Assembly (NCBI GenBank): GCA_044866005.1
Contig: JBIOTN010000210.1
Coordinates: 1-20,336, forward strand
Reading direction: 5' to 3'
Source of the DNA: Candidatus Rokuibacteriota bacterium
Lineage (GTDB): Bacteria; Methylomirabilota; Methylomirabilia; Rokubacteriales; DASRDR01
DNA length: 20,336 nucleotides
A model generated the notes under the pieces. The model did no database searches, had not been told where the DNA came from, and saw only the letters and a program-made list of their open reading frames with translations. Both the position numbers and the translations under genes were made by a program. Positions 19,985 through 20,336 of this stretch are shown piece by piece (position 1 is the first letter of the stretch; every line of letters begins with the position of its first letter).

Positions 19985-20194
19985 TTACGCCTGCTGCTTC
20001 CGGCCGTACTTCCGTTGAAAGCGCTCGACCCGCCCGGCGGTGTCCACCAGCTTCTGCTTGCCCGTGAAGAAGGGGTGGCACTTCGAGCAGATCTCGACCC
20101 GGATGCCGGGTCGCGTGGAGCGGGTGTGGATGACCTCGCCACAGGCGCAGGTGATGGTGGTCTCGACGTACTCGGGATGGATCGCCGCCTTCAC
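19985..20194 (-). CDS. rpmE: 50S ribosomal protein L31, zinc-binding (C+) type
   Basis: MKAAIHPEY...CACG...[31 protein letters not shown] at 20201-20205. Confidence 0.98.
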   Translation of the reverse strand: MKAAIHPEYVETTITCACGEVIHTRSTRPGIRVEICSKCHPFFTGKQKLVDTAGRVERFQRKYGRKQQA

Positions 20195-20227
20195 GCCAGT
20201 CCTCCGAAGAAGGATGAGAACGTCGTT

Positions 20228-20256
20228 ATCCTACCACAGGTTGGCCCGACCGCCAA
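20228..20256 (-). promoter_or_regulatory. Sigma70-type promoter upstream of rpmE
   Basis: TTGGCG (20256-20251), 17-bp spacer, extended -10 TG-G-TAGGAT (-10 at 20233-20228). Same -10 hexamer as the tRNA promoter. Confidence 0.7.
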
Positions 20257-20336
20257 GCCTCTCGCGACCGGGCGCGTCTGGATGGGAGTCCCCGCCGTCC
20301 CAGAACGTTCTGCTGAGCCTCCGAGCGCCGGCTTCG

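Overview
Very GC-rich bacterial chromosome segment. Every real gene is on the minus strand, apparently as one tightly coupled super-operon: rpmE, prfA, prmC, murA, hisG(short), hisD, hisB, hisH, hisA, hisF, hisIE, an unknown lipoprotein, mlaE, mlaF, a long mlaD/MCE, radA, PIN-TRAM (YacL-like), ispD, ispF, cysS, rlmB. A sigma70-type promoter then precedes tRNA-Thr(TGT), Tyr(GTA), Gly(TCC), Thr(GGT) and the 5' part of tuf. A diderm such as Rokubacteria/Methylomirabilota is a guess from GC content and gene order. The genes are housekeeping; the unusual signal is intergenic. All five gaps over 30 nt between prfA and rlmB are spanned end-to-end by a micro-ORF that starts at or just after the upstream stop and ends at or just before the downstream start. 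Two of these lie in a previously unannotated ~120-bp structured dispersed repeat and encode homologous 39-41 aa peptides. One crosses a 189-bp MITE-like element. There is also an MCE transporter with a repeat-rich long MlaD and a novel lipoprotein partner. All calls come from manual reading; no database searches were run.
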